The notes under the pieces are model-generated. The model was not told where the DNA came from and searched no databases. It was given only the letters and a program-made list of their open reading frames with translations. Made by a program: the position numbers and the translations under genes. A stretch of DNA of 32,000 nucleotides from Candidatus Nitrospira inopinata (GTDB taxonomy: Bacteria > Nitrospirota > Nitrospiria > Nitrospirales > Nitrospiraceae), in contig NZ_LN885086.1 of the NCBI RefSeq assembly GCF_001458695.1, positions 1,680,001 through 1,712,000 of the forward strand. The letters run 5' to 3'. How positions within the stretch are numbered: the stretch's first letter is position 1; each line of letters opens with the position of its first letter. Below, piece by piece: positions 1-9,808 of this stretch.

Positions 1-25
1 TTCTCTGGCGCCCGAGGTATTGTAG
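1..25 (+). CDS. rplN: 3' end of ribosomal protein uL14 gene (truncated by window start)
   Basis: Frame starting at nt 2 reads SLAPEVL followed by TAG at 23-25, the conserved uL14 C-terminus. It sits directly upstream of uL24, as in spc operons. Confidence 0.6.
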
Positions 26-50
26 GGGCCGATGCGCGAAGCGCTTGACG

Positions 51-395
51 ATGAGTGAGGAAATGGTGCAAGCCCTGCGAAAAAGTAGAATCAAAAAAGG
101 CGATACCGTCGTTGTGATTGCCGGTCGGGAACGAGGAAAAACCGGAAAGGTGCTGTCGGTGGATCTCAAGGTCGGCCAAGTCACCGTTGAAAAGCTGAAC
201 ATCATCAAGCGCCACACGAAGCCGAATCAAAAGCTGAAGCAGGGGGGCATTCTCGAGCGAGAAGCCCCGTTGAATCTCTCCAAGGTCATGCTGTTTTGTC
301 CCGTGACTCAGAAGCCGACCAGAGTCGGCATCCGACGCTTGGAGGACGGCCGACGAGTCCGCTTCAGCAAAAAGTCGAACGAAACGATCGAGTGA
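51..395 (+). CDS. rplX: 50S ribosomal protein uL24
   Basis: ORF 45..395 carries the KOW-type block [21 protein letters not shown] and the later IIKRHTKP. The start is ambiguous (TTG 45, ATG 51, ATG 63). Confidence 0.9.
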   Translation: MSEEMVQALRKSRIKKGDTVVVIAGRERGKTGKVLSVDLKVGQVTVEKLNIIKRHTKPNQKLKQGGILEREAPLNLSKVMLFCPVTQKPTRVGIRRLEDGRRVRFSKKSNETIE

Positions 396-409
396 GCGGA
401 GTATCCGAA

Positions 410-1060
410 ATGGCAAAGGTGCAAAAAATCGCGACAGGGAAGAAGGCCGAGAAAAAGTCCTCTTCCAAAGAAAGTCCGTCGCCGGCACAGTTTGATCAGG
501 GCGGTGATGAATCGAAGTTCAGGCCACGCCTTCTCGACGTCTATCAGGAAAAAGTCGTACCGGCCTTGATGAAGGAGTTCAACTACAAGAACATCATGCA
601 GGTGCCCCGACTTGAACGTGTGGTCTTGAACGTCGGGATGGGAGAGGCGCTTCAGAACGTCAAGCTTCTGGAAAGTGCCGTTGCGGAGCTGGGAGCCATT
701 ACGGGTCAGAAACCGGTCGTGACTCGGGCGAAGAAAGCCATAGCCGGCTTCAAATTGCGGCAAGGATTACCGATCGGCGCCAAGGTGACGCTCCGGAGTC
801 GGCGCATGTATGAATTTTTCGACAGACTGGTGACCTTGGCGTTGCCCAGAATTCGGGATTTCCGCGGCGTCTCCTCGAAATCCTTCGATGGTCGGGGGAA
901 TTACACGTTTGGTTTGAAGGAACAGCTCATTTTCCCGGAAATTAAATACGACGACGTTGCCTCGATTCATGGGATGGACATTACGATCGTGACGACGGCC
1001 AAAACCAATGACGAGGGCAAGGCGCTGCTGAAACATCTTGGCATGCCATTTCGTGCCTGA
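410..1060 (+). CDS. rplE: 50S ribosomal protein uL5 with a Lys/Ser-rich N-terminal extension of about 35 aa
   Basis: [32 protein letters not shown] and [20 protein letters not shown] are uL5 hallmarks. ATG 410 is preceded by GGAG. The 296-409 part of the listed ORF overlaps rplX and is discounted. Confidence 0.93.
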   Translation: MAKVQKIATGKKAEKKSSSKESPSPAQFDQGGDESKFRPRLLDVYQEKVVPALMKEFNYKNIMQVPRLERVVLNVGMGEALQNVKLLESAVAELGAITGQKPVVTRAKKAIAGFKLRQGLPIGAKVTLRSRRMYEFFDRLVTLALPRIRDFRGVSSKSFDGRGNYTFGLKEQLIFPEIKYDDVASIHGMDITIVTTAKTNDEGKALLKHLGMPFRA

Positions 1061-1097
1061 TGACGCCGTCTGTCTTGCCAGTTGAAAGGAGCCATGT

Positions 1098-1283
1098 GTG
1101 GCGCGACTAGCACTGCGAAATAAAGCGGCCGCCAAGCCGAAGTTCCCCTGCCGCCAATATCATCGCTGCGGCGTGTGCGGACGGGTGAGGGGATATTTGC
1201 GACGATTTCAGATGTGTCGAATCTGTTTTCGATTTTTGAGTCTTCGCGGAGAGATTCCCGGAGTTCGGAAGTCAAGTTGGTAA
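1098..1283 (+). CDS. rpsN: 30S ribosomal protein uS14, short zinc-ribbon (C+) type
   Basis: 61 aa with the CxxC...CxxC pattern (CGVCGR ... CRICFR) and the C-terminal GVRKSSW. GTG start is preceded by GAAAGGAG. Canonical position between rplE and rpsH. Confidence 0.93.
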   Translation: MARLALRNKAAAKPKFPCRQYHRCGVCGRVRGYLRRFQMCRICFRFLSLRGEIPGVRKSSW

Positions 1284-1339
1284 GCGGCCGATTAAAAGAG
1301 GCGTATTTCTGTATTTTTGTGAAGGTTGAAGGGTAACCA

Positions 1340-1735
1340 ATGCTGACGGATCCTATTAGCGATCTTCTCGTTCGATTGCGAAACGGCGCGCAACGAGGCC
1401 ATGAAACGGTTGTGATTCCCGCCTCTAAGTTGAAGCGAGCGATCTTAGAGATCTTGAAGCGGGAGGGATACATCGATGCGGTCGAGGTGAGCGCAAAAGA
1501 CGGTCATCCGGTTTTTCACGTCAAGCTGCGGTATATCGGGGAAGGCCGTCCTATGATTACGGGCCTTGAACGGATCAGCAAACCGGGCCGTCGCGTCTAT
1601 GTGGGAGGCAAAGATATCCCAAGAGTCAAAAATGGGCTCGGGCTCTCAATTCTTTCGACGTCAAAGGGCGTCATGACCGATCAAGAATCAAGAAAGAACG
1701 GAGTGGGTGGAGAAGTTTTGTGCGCGGTGTGGTGA
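1340..1735 (+). CDS. rpsH: 30S ribosomal protein uS8
   Basis: MLTDPISDLLVRLRNG N-terminus and the GGEVLCAVW C-terminus are typical uS8. Operon position fits. Confidence 0.95.
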   Translation: MLTDPISDLLVRLRNGAQRGHETVVIPASKLKRAILEILKREGYIDAVEVSAKDGHPVFHVKLRYIGEGRPMITGLERISKPGRRVYVGGKDIPRVKNGLGLSILSTSKGVMTDQESRKNGVGGEVLCAVW

Positions 1736-1782
1736 GCAGGGCGGATTAACGAGTTATTAGTTATTAAAGGGGCACTGGCATC

Positions 1783-2319
1783 ATGTCACGAGTAGGGAGG
1801 AAGCCGATCGCGATTCCCAGCGGAGTGGAGGTCAAGGTGGCCGGGTCCAACGTTTCCGTAAAGGGTCCCCTGGGCAAATTGGATTGGTCCCTCGCTCCCG
1901 GAGTCGCAGTGACTGTGGATGATGGCAAGGTTCAGGTAAGCAGGGCCGGCGAGGATAGAAAATTGCGGGCTTTGCACGGCCTGGTCCGAGCCGAACTGAA
2001 TAACATGATCCACGGTGTGACGAAAGGGTACGAGCGATCGCTGGAGATCACCGGGGTCGGGTACAAAACGCAATTGCAGGGACGGACCATGAGCTTCAAC
2101 GTCGGCTATATCAATCCCGTTCTGTACGACGTCCCGGCGGGAATCGATGTCAAGGTTGAAAAACAAACCCTCATTACGGTGAAGGGAATTGATAAGAGAT
2201 TGGTCGGTCAGGTGGCCGCCAATCTCCGGGCGATCAAGCCCCCCGATGTGTACAAGCAAAAGGGCATTCGATATGCCGGCGAGCGATTGCGAAAGAAAGA
2301 AGGCAAGACCGGGAAGTAG
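1783..2319 (+). CDS. rplF: 50S ribosomal protein uL6
   Basis: MSRVGRKPIAIPSGVEV N-terminus and KGIRYAGE near the C-terminus. Operon position fits. Confidence 0.95.
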   Translation: MSRVGRKPIAIPSGVEVKVAGSNVSVKGPLGKLDWSLAPGVAVTVDDGKVQVSRAGEDRKLRALHGLVRAELNNMIHGVTKGYERSLEITGVGYKTQLQGRTMSFNVGYINPVLYDVPAGIDVKVEKQTLITVKGIDKRLVGQVAANLRAIKPPDVYKQKGIRYAGERLRKKEGKTGK

Positions 2320-2328
2320 GGGTTGGCA

Positions 2329-2694
2329 ATGAGTAGAGCGGGAAAAGTTCAGCAGCTTGAGCGGCGTCGGCGTCGAGTCCGAAACGCGATTTTTGGAACT
2401 CCGGAGAGGCCGCGGCTTAACGTGTTTCGGAGCAACACGCACATCTATGCTCAGATTATCAACGATCTTGAAGGAAAAACCCTGGCGGCGGCGTCCTCTT
2501 TGGATAAATCCTTGAAAACGGCGCTCAAATCGACCGGCAACATTGAGGCCGCCAAAGCCGTGGGAAAGTTGGTGGCGGAGCGAGCCAAAGCCGCCAATGT
2601 GACCGCTGTCGTATTCGACCGCGGCGGGCGGATGTATCACGGTAGAATCAAGGCCCTTGCCGATGCCGCTCGCGAAGGCGGGCTCCAATTTTAG
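2329..2694 (+). CDS. rplR: 50S ribosomal protein uL18
   Basis: [20 protein letters not shown] and [28 protein letters not shown] motifs. The start is either TTG 2323 or ATG 2329. Confidence 0.95.
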   Translation: MSRAGKVQQLERRRRRVRNAIFGTPERPRLNVFRSNTHIYAQIINDLEGKTLAAASSLDKSLKTALKSTGNIEAAKAVGKLVAERAKAANVTAVVFDRGGRMYHGRIKALADAAREGGLQF

Positions 2695-2760
2695 ACTGAA
2701 GCGGGAGAAAGACGGCGCGTTCGCGTCTTCGCCTGAACTCCGGACCAAGGGAGAGAAAGC

Positions 2761-3270
2761 GTGCGAGTCAATCCTGATGAATTGAGCTTGAAGGACAAGG
2801 TCGTCTTCATCAATCGTGTCGCCAAGGTGGTCAAGGGAGGGAAACGTTTCAATTTCTGTGCATTGGTCGTTGTCGGGGACGGCCATGGATGGGTCGGCAT
2901 CGGGAAAGGAAAAGCCGCCGAAGTGCCCGTCGCCATTTCAAAAGCCGTTGAGCAGGCCAAAAAGCATCTGGTTCATGTTCCGCTCAAAGGCGGGTCGATT
3001 CCTCATGAGGTGCACGGTCTCTTTGGCGGGGAACATGTTTTGCTCAAGCCGGCGGTGGATGGAACGGGGATTATCGCCGGAGGGGCCGTTCGCGCGGTGG
3101 TTGAACTGGCGGGGGCTCATAATGTGATCGCAAAGACACTGGGCCGAGGGAATCCGTTCAACGCGGTTCGGGCGACGTTGAACGGCCTTACACAGTTAAG
3201 ACATCCCGACGAGGTTCTTCGCTTGCGGCGGAGAACGGCCGAGAAACAGGAGGAAAGGGCCACGGTCTGA
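2761..3270 (+). CDS. rpsE: 30S ribosomal protein uS5
   Basis: [36 protein letters not shown] is the uS5 dsRBD/S5 signature. GTG start. Confidence 0.95.
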   Translation: MRVNPDELSLKDKVVFINRVAKVVKGGKRFNFCALVVVGDGHGWVGIGKGKAAEVPVAISKAVEQAKKHLVHVPLKGGSIPHEVHGLFGGEHVLLKPAVDGTGIIAGGAVRAVVELAGAHNVIAKTLGRGNPFNAVRATLNGLTQLRHPDEVLRLRRRTAEKQEERATV

Positions 3271-3271
3271 T

Positions 3272-3490
3272 ATGGGGACTGAAGAGGCGACGAGAACAAG
3301 AAGTTCCAACGAGCAGGCTCTCCGCGTGACATTGAGGCGGAGTCCCATCGGGACGCCTGACGGCCACCGCCGCGTGCTGCGCGGGCTTGGGCTTCGACGC
3401 ATCAGGCAGACGGTCATCCATCCCGACACACCTCAGGTTCGGGGAATGATCAGGAAGGTCTGGTATCTGCTGGAGGTCGGGAAGCCATGA
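3272..3490 (+). CDS. rpmD: 50S ribosomal protein uL30 (about 14 aa N-terminal extension)
   Basis: [32 protein letters not shown]...[11 protein letters not shown] matches the uL30 pattern. ATG lies 1 nt after the rpsE stop. Confidence 0.9.
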   Translation: MGTEEATRTRSSNEQALRVTLRRSPIGTPDGHRRVLRGLGLRRIRQTVIHPDTPQVRGMIRKVWYLLEVGKP

Positions 3491-3936
3491 ACCTGCATGA
3501 TTTGAAGCCTGGGAAAGGCGCGAAAAAACGTCGGAAGCGCATCGGGCGCGGGCCTGGATCGGGGCACGGTAAAACGTCGACGAAGGGCCATAAGGGATTG
3601 TTGGCTCGATCGGGGGGGGGGAAGCGTCCGGGGTTTGAAGGCGGTCAGATGCCGTTGATACGGCGCGTGCCGAAATTTGGGTTTGCGAATCCGTTTCGAA
3701 CCGAATACGCCGTCGTCAACGTGAAGAGTTTGGAGAAGGTGACGAGCACGGAGACGATTACTCCGCAGACCTTGGTTGACGCGGGTTTAGTGAAGCGAAA
3801 AACGCTCCCGATCAAGATCCTCGGTCACGGCGAGCTCAGCAAGCCGTTCGTCGTTCAAGCCCACAAGTTCAGCAAATCCGCCGAGGCGAAGATTCAGGCG
3901 GCTGGAGGGAGAGTCGAGGTCATCGGCGGTGTTTGA
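3487..3936 (+). CDS. rplO: 50S ribosomal protein uL15
   Basis: [18 protein letters not shown]...[18 protein letters not shown] is the uL15 signature. ATGA overlap with rpmD. Confidence 0.95.
   Translation: MNLHDLKPGKGAKKRRKRIGRGPGSGHGKTSTKGHKGLLARSGGGKRPGFEGGQMPLIRRVPKFGFANPFRTEYAVVNVKSLEKVTSTETITPQTLVDAGLVKRKTLPIKILGHGELSKPFVVQAHKFSKSAEAKIQAAGGRVEVIGGV
3612..3621 (+). other. G10 homopolymer inside rplO
   Basis: Read directly as cGGGGGGGGGGa. It encodes the conserved GGG of [10 protein letters not shown] as three consecutive GGG codons. Confidence 0.95.
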
Positions 3937-5248
3937 GCGGCTCCTGACCAGTTTACAGAATATCTTCAAGATCCCCGAGCTTCGCACGCGTGTGCTCTTC
4001 ACGCTCGGCATGCTCGTGGTATATCGTGTCGGCGCGCATATTCCGACGCCCGGGATCAACGGAGACGCCCTCGCCGAGTTTCTCCAGAAGCAAGGAGGGT
4101 CGCTCCTCGGGTTTTTGGACATCTTTTCCGGCGGATCCTTGTCCAGGTTGACGATCTTCGCCCTGGGCATCATGCCGTATATCAGCGCGTCGATCATCCT
4201 TCAGTTGTTGACCGTGGTGGTTCCCCATCTGTCTAAGTTGGCCAAGGAAGGGGAGCGAGGCCGGAAAAAGATCATCCAGTACACCCGATTCGGGACGATC
4301 GGTATCGCCCTCATCCAGGGGTTCGGGATTGCGATCGGGCTTGAGCAAATGAATGAGGGCGCATTTGTGCTCAGCGGGGGGTGGGGTTTTCGGTTGATGA
4401 CCGTCATTACTCTGACCGCGGGCACGGCCTTTTTGATGTGGCTTGGCGAGCAGATCACCGAACGGGGAGTCGGGAACGGTATTTCGCTGATCATTTTTGC
4501 CGGCATCGTCGCACGACTGCCGGCGGCGGTCGCGCAAACGTTTGATCTCTATCAGGTCGGGCAGTTGAGTCTCGTGTTGCTCATCGCATTGGCCGTGTTG
4601 ATGATCGCCGTGGTGGCCGCGATTGTGTTTTTGGAAAGCGGGCGTCGAAAAATCCCGGTGCAGTATGCCAAGCGCGTGATCGGTCGTCGGGTGTATGGAG
4701 GGCAGCACACCCATATTCCTTTGAAGATCAATACGGCCGGCGTGATTCCTCCGATTTTCGCTTCGTCGATCATCGCGTTTCCGGCCACGATCGCGGGATT
4801 TTTTGAGACGCCGTGGGTGAGGGAGATCGGAACGCAGTTGTCGCCGGGGTCGGTGATTTATACCCTGATGTACGTCGGGCTTATCGTGTTTTTTTGTTTC
4901 TTTTACACCGCTGTGGTGCTCAATCCGGTCGATATGGCCGATAACATGAAAAAATACGGAGGGTTCATTCCCGGTATTCGGCCGGGACAACGGACCTCCG
5001 ACTATATCTACAATGTGCTGACGAAAATTACGTTTGTGGGGGCGATTTATCTGGCGGTCGTCTGCGTGATTCCCGAACTGTTGATTTATAAATTGAACGT
5101 GCCGTTTTACTTCGGAGGAACGTCTCTGCTGATCGTCATCGGGGTGGGGTTGGATACCGCTCAGCAGATCGAGTCGCACATGTTGATGCGCAATTATGAG
5201 GGCTTCTTGGGCAAGGGCATGGCGCCGTTGAGGGGGCGAAGCGGGTGA
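3929..5248 (+). CDS. secY: Preprotein translocase subunit SecY
   Basis: 439 aa and multi-TM, with GIMPYISASIILQLL, WLGEQITERGVGNGISLIIF and GFIPGIRPG motifs. GTG start overlaps the rplO end. Confidence 0.96.
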   Translation: MFERLLTSLQNIFKIPELRTRVLFTLGMLVVYRVGAHIPTPGINGDALAEFLQKQGGSLLGFLDIFSGGSLSRLTIFALGIMPYISASIILQLLTVVVPHLSKLAKEGERGRKKIIQYTRFGTIGIALIQGFGIAIGLEQMNEGAFVLSGGWGFRLMTVITLTAGTAFLMWLGEQITERGVGNGISLIIFAGIVARLPAAVAQTFDLYQVGQLSLVLLIALAVLMIAVVAAIVFLESGRRKIPVQYAKRVIGRRVYGGQHTHIPLKINTAGVIPPIFASSIIAFPATIAGFFETPWVREIGTQLSPGSVIYTLMYVGLIVFFCFFYTAVVLNPVDMADNMKKYGGFIPGIRPGQRTSDYIYNVLTKITFVGAIYLAVVCVIPELLIYKLNVPFYFGGTSLLIVIGVGLDTAQQIESHMLMRNYEGFLGKGMAPLRGRSG

Positions 5249-5255
5249 GGCTGGT

Positions 5256-5912
5256 ATGAACCTTGTGTTTCTCGGGGCGCCTGGCGTGGGCAAAGGAACG
5301 CAAGCCGATAAATTGGCGGTGCAGTCCGGTATGAAAAAAATCTCGACCGGTGATTTGCTTCGCGAGGCGGTTCGGAAGGGGACGGAACTGGGACGAGAGG
5401 CGAAGTCGTACATGGATCAAGGACGCCTCGTTCCCGATTCGGTCGTGATCGGTTTGGTCAGGGAAACATTGGCCGGTTCAAGAGAGGGGAACGGTTTTAT
5501 TCTGGATGGCTTTCCTCGGACGGTCCCGCAAGCCCAAGCATTGGAACAAGTGCTCGACGAACAGGGAATTCGATTGGATCGCGTCATCAATTTTCGCGCG
5601 TCGAGGGATGAGATCGTCAAACGGCTCGGGGGACGTCGGAGCTGCCCGACCTGTCAAGCGACGTTTCACCTTGAGTTCTCGCCTTCGCAACGAGGCGATC
5701 TGTGCGATCGATGCGGTGGGAAACTCGTTCAGAGAAACGACGATCGGCAGGAGGCGATTGAAACGAGATTGAAGGTTTATGATGAGCAAACGGCTCCGCT
5801 CATCAGCTTCTATGAAAAGAAGAATATGTTGTCGCACCTCGACAGTGTGGGACCGATCGAGACGGTGTACGAAAATCTCACAAAGGTGCTGGCGGCCCGC
5901 AATTCGGCATGA
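5256..5912 (+). CDS. adk: Adenylate kinase with zinc-binding lid
   Basis: P-loop GAPGVGKGTQ, GFILDGFPRT, and a lid carrying CPTC...CDRC. Confidence 0.95.
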   Translation: MNLVFLGAPGVGKGTQADKLAVQSGMKKISTGDLLREAVRKGTELGREAKSYMDQGRLVPDSVVIGLVRETLAGSREGNGFILDGFPRTVPQAQALEQVLDEQGIRLDRVINFRASRDEIVKRLGGRRSCPTCQATFHLEFSPSQRGDLCDRCGGKLVQRNDDRQEAIETRLKVYDEQTAPLISFYEKKNMLSHLDSVGPIETVYENLTKVLAARNSA

Positions 5913-6673
5913 TCATTCTCAAAACGCCTGCTGAAATCGAAATCATGACACAGGCGTCGCGGGTGGTTGCCGAAGCGCTGCGGGAGGTGGAAAGGGCGGT
6001 GAGTCCCGGGGTCAGTACGGAGGAGCTTGATCAAATCGCCGAGAAGGAGATACGGGCACGGGGAGCCGTTCCGGCTTTCAAGGGCTATCGAAATTATCCC
6101 AAGACGCTGTGCGTGTCCGTAAACGAGCAGGTCGTTCATGGAATTCCATCGAAGCGCAAGTTGAAAGAGGGAGACATCGTCGGCTTGGATCTCGGAGCCA
6201 TCGTCGGGGGGTTTTATGGCGATTCCGCAGTGACAGTGGCCGTCGGACGCGTCTCCGAGGAAGTCTTACGACTCATCCGGGTGACCGAAGAGGCGTTGTA
6301 TTTGGGGATCGAACAGGCCGTCGTCGGCAACCGAATTTCCGATATTTCCCATGCGGTTCAACGTCATGTAGAATCGGCGGGATACTCGGTCGTTACGGAG
6401 TTCGTGGGGCACGGGATCGGCAGGCAGTTGCACGAAGAACCCCAGGTTCCGAATTACGGGAAGCCTGGGCAAGGGCCGCGCCTGCAAAGCGGAATGGTGC
6501 TTGCGATCGAGCCCATGGTGAACATGGGAGGAAGCGCGGTTCGCATACTCGACGATCGGTGGACGGCGGTGACGGTTGACGGCAGCTTATCCGCCCACTT
6601 TGAACACACCATTGCGGTACAACCTAAGGGTCCCGCCAAGATTTTGAGCCGGCGTCCCGAGGCGGTCGTCTAG
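5909..6673 (+). CDS. map: Type I methionine aminopeptidase
   Basis: VVHGIP, GDIVGLDLG, FVGHGIG and LAIEPM...SAHFEHT metal-ligand blocks. ATGA overlap with adk. Confidence 0.95.
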   Translation: MIILKTPAEIEIMTQASRVVAEALREVERAVSPGVSTEELDQIAEKEIRARGAVPAFKGYRNYPKTLCVSVNEQVVHGIPSKRKLKEGDIVGLDLGAIVGGFYGDSAVTVAVGRVSEEVLRLIRVTEEALYLGIEQAVVGNRISDISHAVQRHVESAGYSVVTEFVGHGIGRQLHEEPQVPNYGKPGQGPRLQSGMVLAIEPMVNMGGSAVRILDDRWTAVTVDGSLSAHFEHTIAVQPKGPAKILSRRPEAVV

Positions 6674-6709
6674 CTCGTAAGGACGGCGAAAGAAGAGATC
6701 GAAGAATAC

Positions 6710-6928
6710 GTGGCTAAAGAAGATATCATTGAAGTTCAAGGCACCGTGGCGGAAACGTTGCCCAACGCGATGTTTCGAGTGAAACTTGACAACGGGCATA
6801 TCATCTTGGCGCATATCTCGGGAAAAATGCGGATGCATTTCATTCGTATCCTTCCCGGCGACAAGGTGACCGTGGAAATGTCGCCCTATGATTTGACGAG
6901 AGGGCGGATCACCTATCGATTTAAGTAG
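6710..6928 (+). CDS. infA: Translation initiation factor IF-1
   Basis: 72 aa. [13 protein letters not shown]...[10 protein letters not shown]...[20 protein letters not shown] is near-consensus IF-1. GTG start. Confidence 0.95.
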   Translation: MAKEDIIEVQGTVAETLPNAMFRVKLDNGHIILAHISGKMRMHFIRILPGDKVTVEMSPYDLTRGRITYRFK

Positions 6929-6945
6929 CGAGGGTATTGGTTGTT

Positions 6946-7059
6946 ATGAAAGTCAAATCATCGGTCAAGCCGATTTGTGCAAAATGCAGGGTCGTGCGGA
7001 GGCGGGGAGTCGTGCGGGTGCTCTGTGAGAATCCACGCCATAAGCAACGGCAAGGATGA
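6946..7059 (+). CDS. rpmJ: 50S ribosomal protein bL36 (zinc-binding type)
   Basis: Below the length cut-off of the ORF track. Hand translation gives [37 protein letters not shown] followed by TGA at 7057-7059. Canonical position between infA and rpsM. Confidence 0.92.
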   Translation: MKVKSSVKPICAKCRVVRRRGVVRVLCENPRHKQRQG

Positions 7060-7155
7060 AGATATCGTTCGTCGAGTTCGTATCGGGCAGGGGCCGGTAT
7101 CTCGTGCATCGTAATCGATCGACGACGAGGAAGAGGTCGACTGAAGGGAGAACAG

Positions 7156-7545
7156 ATGGCACGTATCGCGGGCGTTGATTTGCCGAGAGGGAAACGGATC
7201 GACATCGGGTTGACCTATATTTATGGGATCGGACGAACGTCCGCGCAACACATTCTCAAAGCGGCGGGAGTCGATGGGGCGATCCGCGTGAAAGATCTCA
7301 GCGAAGACAAGATCGTCAAGCTCCGAGAAATCATCGAGCGTGAATACCGTGTTGAGGGCGATCTTCGGAAAGAAGTCGCGTTGAACATCAAGCGTCTGGT
7401 CGATACGGGGACGTACCGTGGATTGCGTCATCGGAAGGGACTCCCCGTTCGAGGGCAACGGACGAAAACGAATGCCAGGACGCGCAAGGGACGACGAGCC
7501 GGAGTCGGAAGCAGGCCCAGGCCGGCCGGGGGGAAAACCGCGTAG
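7156..7545 (+). CDS. rpsM: 30S ribosomal protein uS13
   Basis: [26 protein letters not shown] and [21 protein letters not shown] motifs. Confidence 0.95.
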   Translation: MARIAGVDLPRGKRIDIGLTYIYGIGRTSAQHILKAAGVDGAIRVKDLSEDKIVKLREIIEREYRVEGDLRKEVALNIKRLVDTGTYRGLRHRKGLPVRGQRTKTNARTRKGRRAGVGSRPRPAGGKTA

Positions 7546-7585
7546 CACGTGAGCGCAGTGAACGGACCAGGATGAGGGAATCGAC

Positions 7586-7969
7586 ATGAGCGTCAAAAAA
7601 GGGAAAAAGAAGGAGCGCCGGATCGTCCAAAGCGGAATCGCGCACGTTCAGGCTTCTTTCAACAACACGATCGTGACCATTACCGACATGAGCGGGAACA
7701 CGGTGGTGTGGGCGAGCGCGGGCAATCAGGGATTTAAAGGGTCGAGGAAAAGCACTCCGTTCGCGGCGCAGCGAGCCGGCGAGGCGGCGGCTCGAAAGGC
7801 GATGGAATGCGGGATGCGGCAGATCGACGTGTACGTCAATGGTCCGGGATCGGGTCGTGAATCGGCGATTCGCTCGTTGCAGGGGGCTGGACTGCGAATC
7901 AATTTGATCAGAGACGTCACTCCCATTCCGCACAATGGGTGTCGTCCGCCAAAACGGCGGAGGGTATAG
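7586..7969 (+). CDS. rpsK: 30S ribosomal protein uS11
   Basis: [18 protein letters not shown]...[14 protein letters not shown]...[11 protein letters not shown]...[20 protein letters not shown]-type signature. Confidence 0.95.
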   Translation: MSVKKGKKKERRIVQSGIAHVQASFNNTIVTITDMSGNTVVWASAGNQGFKGSRKSTPFAAQRAGEAAARKAMECGMRQIDVYVNGPGSGRESAIRSLQGAGLRINLIRDVTPIPHNGCRPPKRRRV

Positions 7970-8071
7970 CGATGTCCGATGGAAAGCGATCACCGGTTGC
8001 GGTGATGTGTAAATCGGCTCGTTGAACGGCGGTCACGTCGGTCTTAACGGTGACATAACGAGGAGGAAGCA

Positions 8072-8698
8072 GTGGCAAAGTATCGCGGTCCTGTGTGTCG
8101 GCTCTGCCGTCGAGAAGGGGAGAAGTTGTTTCTCAAGGGTGCGCGCTGCATGACGGAGAAGTGCGCCATTGAGCGGCGGAGCTATCCACCCGGCCAACAC
8201 GGACAAGGCAGGCAGCGGACTTCCGACTACAGCGTGCAATTGCGGGAAAAACAGAAACTGCGGCGCATCTATGGTCTTCAAGAAAGACAGTTCCGCGGCG
8301 TATTTGAACGCGCCGAGCGGCAGGTCGGTGTGACGGGCGCCGCGTTGCTCCGTTTGCTCGAGTGCCGTCTCGACAACGTGGCCTATCGATTGGGGTTCGG
8401 TGTTTCGCGAAAGCAGGCGCGCCAAATCGTCAATCACGGCCATCTGATGATAAACGGGAAACCCGTGACGGTCGCGGGAGCACTAGTGAAAGCGGGCGAC
8501 GTCATCGAAGTTCGTGAACGAAGCCGGAAACTCGCCGTGATCCAAGAAGCAATGGAGACCGTCGAGAGCCGCGGAATTCCGGATTGGCTCGAACTGGACA
8601 AGGGAGCCTTTAAGGGAATTGTCCGTGCATTGCCGGCCAAGGAGCAGATCACGGTGCCCGTGAACGAACAAATGGTTGTGGAGTTGTATTCCAGGTAG
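8072..8698 (+). CDS. rpsD: 30S ribosomal protein uS4
   Basis: MAKYRGPVCRLCRREGEKLFLKG N-terminus with a Cys cluster, plus the S4 RNA-binding domain RLDNVAYRLGF...ARQIVNHGH. GTG start. Confidence 0.95.
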   Translation: MAKYRGPVCRLCRREGEKLFLKGARCMTEKCAIERRSYPPGQHGQGRQRTSDYSVQLREKQKLRRIYGLQERQFRGVFERAERQVGVTGAALLRLLECRLDNVAYRLGFGVSRKQARQIVNHGHLMINGKPVTVAGALVKAGDVIEVRERSRKLAVIQEAMETVESRGIPDWLELDKGAFKGIVRALPAKEQITVPVNEQMVVELYSR

Positions 8699-8785
8699 CG
8701 GTCGGAAGAAGCAGGTGGAAGCGATTTCTCGCGCCAGATGTTGCGCCGGCTGGTCAATTATCTGGATGGCAAATGGGAGGGGGTC

Positions 8786-9787
8786 ATGATCAAGGCGATG
8801 AAAGACTTTCAGATCCCGATGCGGGTGGAAGTCGACAAAGATACGCTGTCCCCGACATATGGTCGGTTCACAACCGAAGCCTTCGAACGGGGGTTTGGAA
8901 CCACGATCGGAAACGCGTTACGGCGCGTCTTGCTGTCGTCTCTGACGGGCGCCGCCGTCACGATGGTAAAGATCGAAGGAGTGGTGCACGAGTTTTCGAC
9001 GATCCCGGGGGTGACGGAAGACGTTACAGCGATCATTCTGAACATCAAAAGCCTGAGATTGGCGTTGCACACGGACAAGCCGAAAACGATTCGTCTCAAA
9101 AAGACGGGACCCGGCGAGGCGAAAGGCTCCGATATCGTTCACGATGCGGACGTGACCGTTCTGACGCCGGATCTGCATATCGCGACGCTCGATAAAGATG
9201 CCACGCTGGATATTGAAATGACGGTCAAACATGGGCGTGGGTACGTTCCCGCCGAGCGCAATAAAGAAGAGGGACTGCCGATCGGCGTGATTGCGATCGA
9301 TTCCATTTTTTCTCCGATTAGACGCGTCAATTTCCACGTCGAAAACGCGCGGGTGGGCCGCATGACCGACTACGATAAACTGACCATGGAAATCTGGACC
9401 GATGCGACCATCGCTCCGCGCGACGCCCTGTCTACCGCCGCCGGCATCCTCCGCGAGCATTTGGACATTTTCATCAATCCCGAGGAGCGTGGTGAGGGGA
9501 AACCCGAAGCCGGTCGCGAGGAGACTCAGCGCGAAGTCAACAAACATCTCTCCCGCAGCGTGAACGAACTGGAGCTGTCGGTGCGCGCGGCGAATTGTTT
9601 GAAAAACGCCAACATCAAGACCATCGGGGATCTCGTGCAGAAAACCGAGGGGGAAATGTTGCGGACCAAGAATTTCGGGAAGAAGTCCCTCAACGAAATC
9701 AAGGAAATCTTGGCGGAAATGGGGCTCTCGCTCGGTACGAAATTGGATGCGGGGCAATCTCACAACGGCGGCCCGAAGTCGGAGTGA
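8786..9787 (+). CDS. rpoA: DNA-directed RNA polymerase alpha subunit
   Basis: [20 protein letters not shown] (N-terminal domain) and [23 protein letters not shown] (C-terminal domain). ATG 8786 is preceded by GGGAGGGGG. The 8738 start of the ORF track is less likely. Confidence 0.93.
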   Translation: MIKAMKDFQIPMRVEVDKDTLSPTYGRFTTEAFERGFGTTIGNALRRVLLSSLTGAAVTMVKIEGVVHEFSTIPGVTEDVTAIILNIKSLRLALHTDKPKTIRLKKTGPGEAKGSDIVHDADVTVLTPDLHIATLDKDATLDIEMTVKHGRGYVPAERNKEEGLPIGVIAIDSIFSPIRRVNFHVENARVGRMTDYDKLTMEIWTDATIAPRDALSTAAGILREHLDIFINPEERGEGKPEAGREETQREVNKHLSRSVNELELSVRAANCLKNANIKTIGDLVQKTEGEMLRTKNFGKKSLNEIKEILAEMGLSLGTKLDAGQSHNGGPKSE

Positions 9788-9808
9788 TGGAAGGTAAAGG
9801 GGAATACC

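Noticed and set aside
296-409. Upstream extension of the rplE ORF (start at 296) overlapping rplX
   Set aside because: The extension overlaps the uL24 coding region in another frame. Its sequence ([21 protein letters not shown]...) is not uL5-like. ATG 410 has an SD and follows the rplX stop.
2034-2041. HIP1-like octamer GCGATCGC, seen at least five times (2034, 18666, 21695, 22131, 25850)
   Set aside because: The count is above my rough expectation of about one per 32 kb. However, all copies lie inside coding regions in different frames. They are built from locally favoured codons (GCG, ATC, GAT, CGC). Codon bias is the simpler explanation, and this is far below cyanobacterial HIP1 densities.
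3953-5413. 486-aa ORF on the minus strand, antisense to secY and adk
   Set aside because: It is exactly antisense to two unmistakable conserved genes. Its translation is Arg/Pro/His/Asp-rich low complexity with no recognisable motifs. This is the typical shadow ORF of a GC-rich genome. The same reasoning applies to 1786..2886, 8918..9901, 14436..15434 and 18458..19606.
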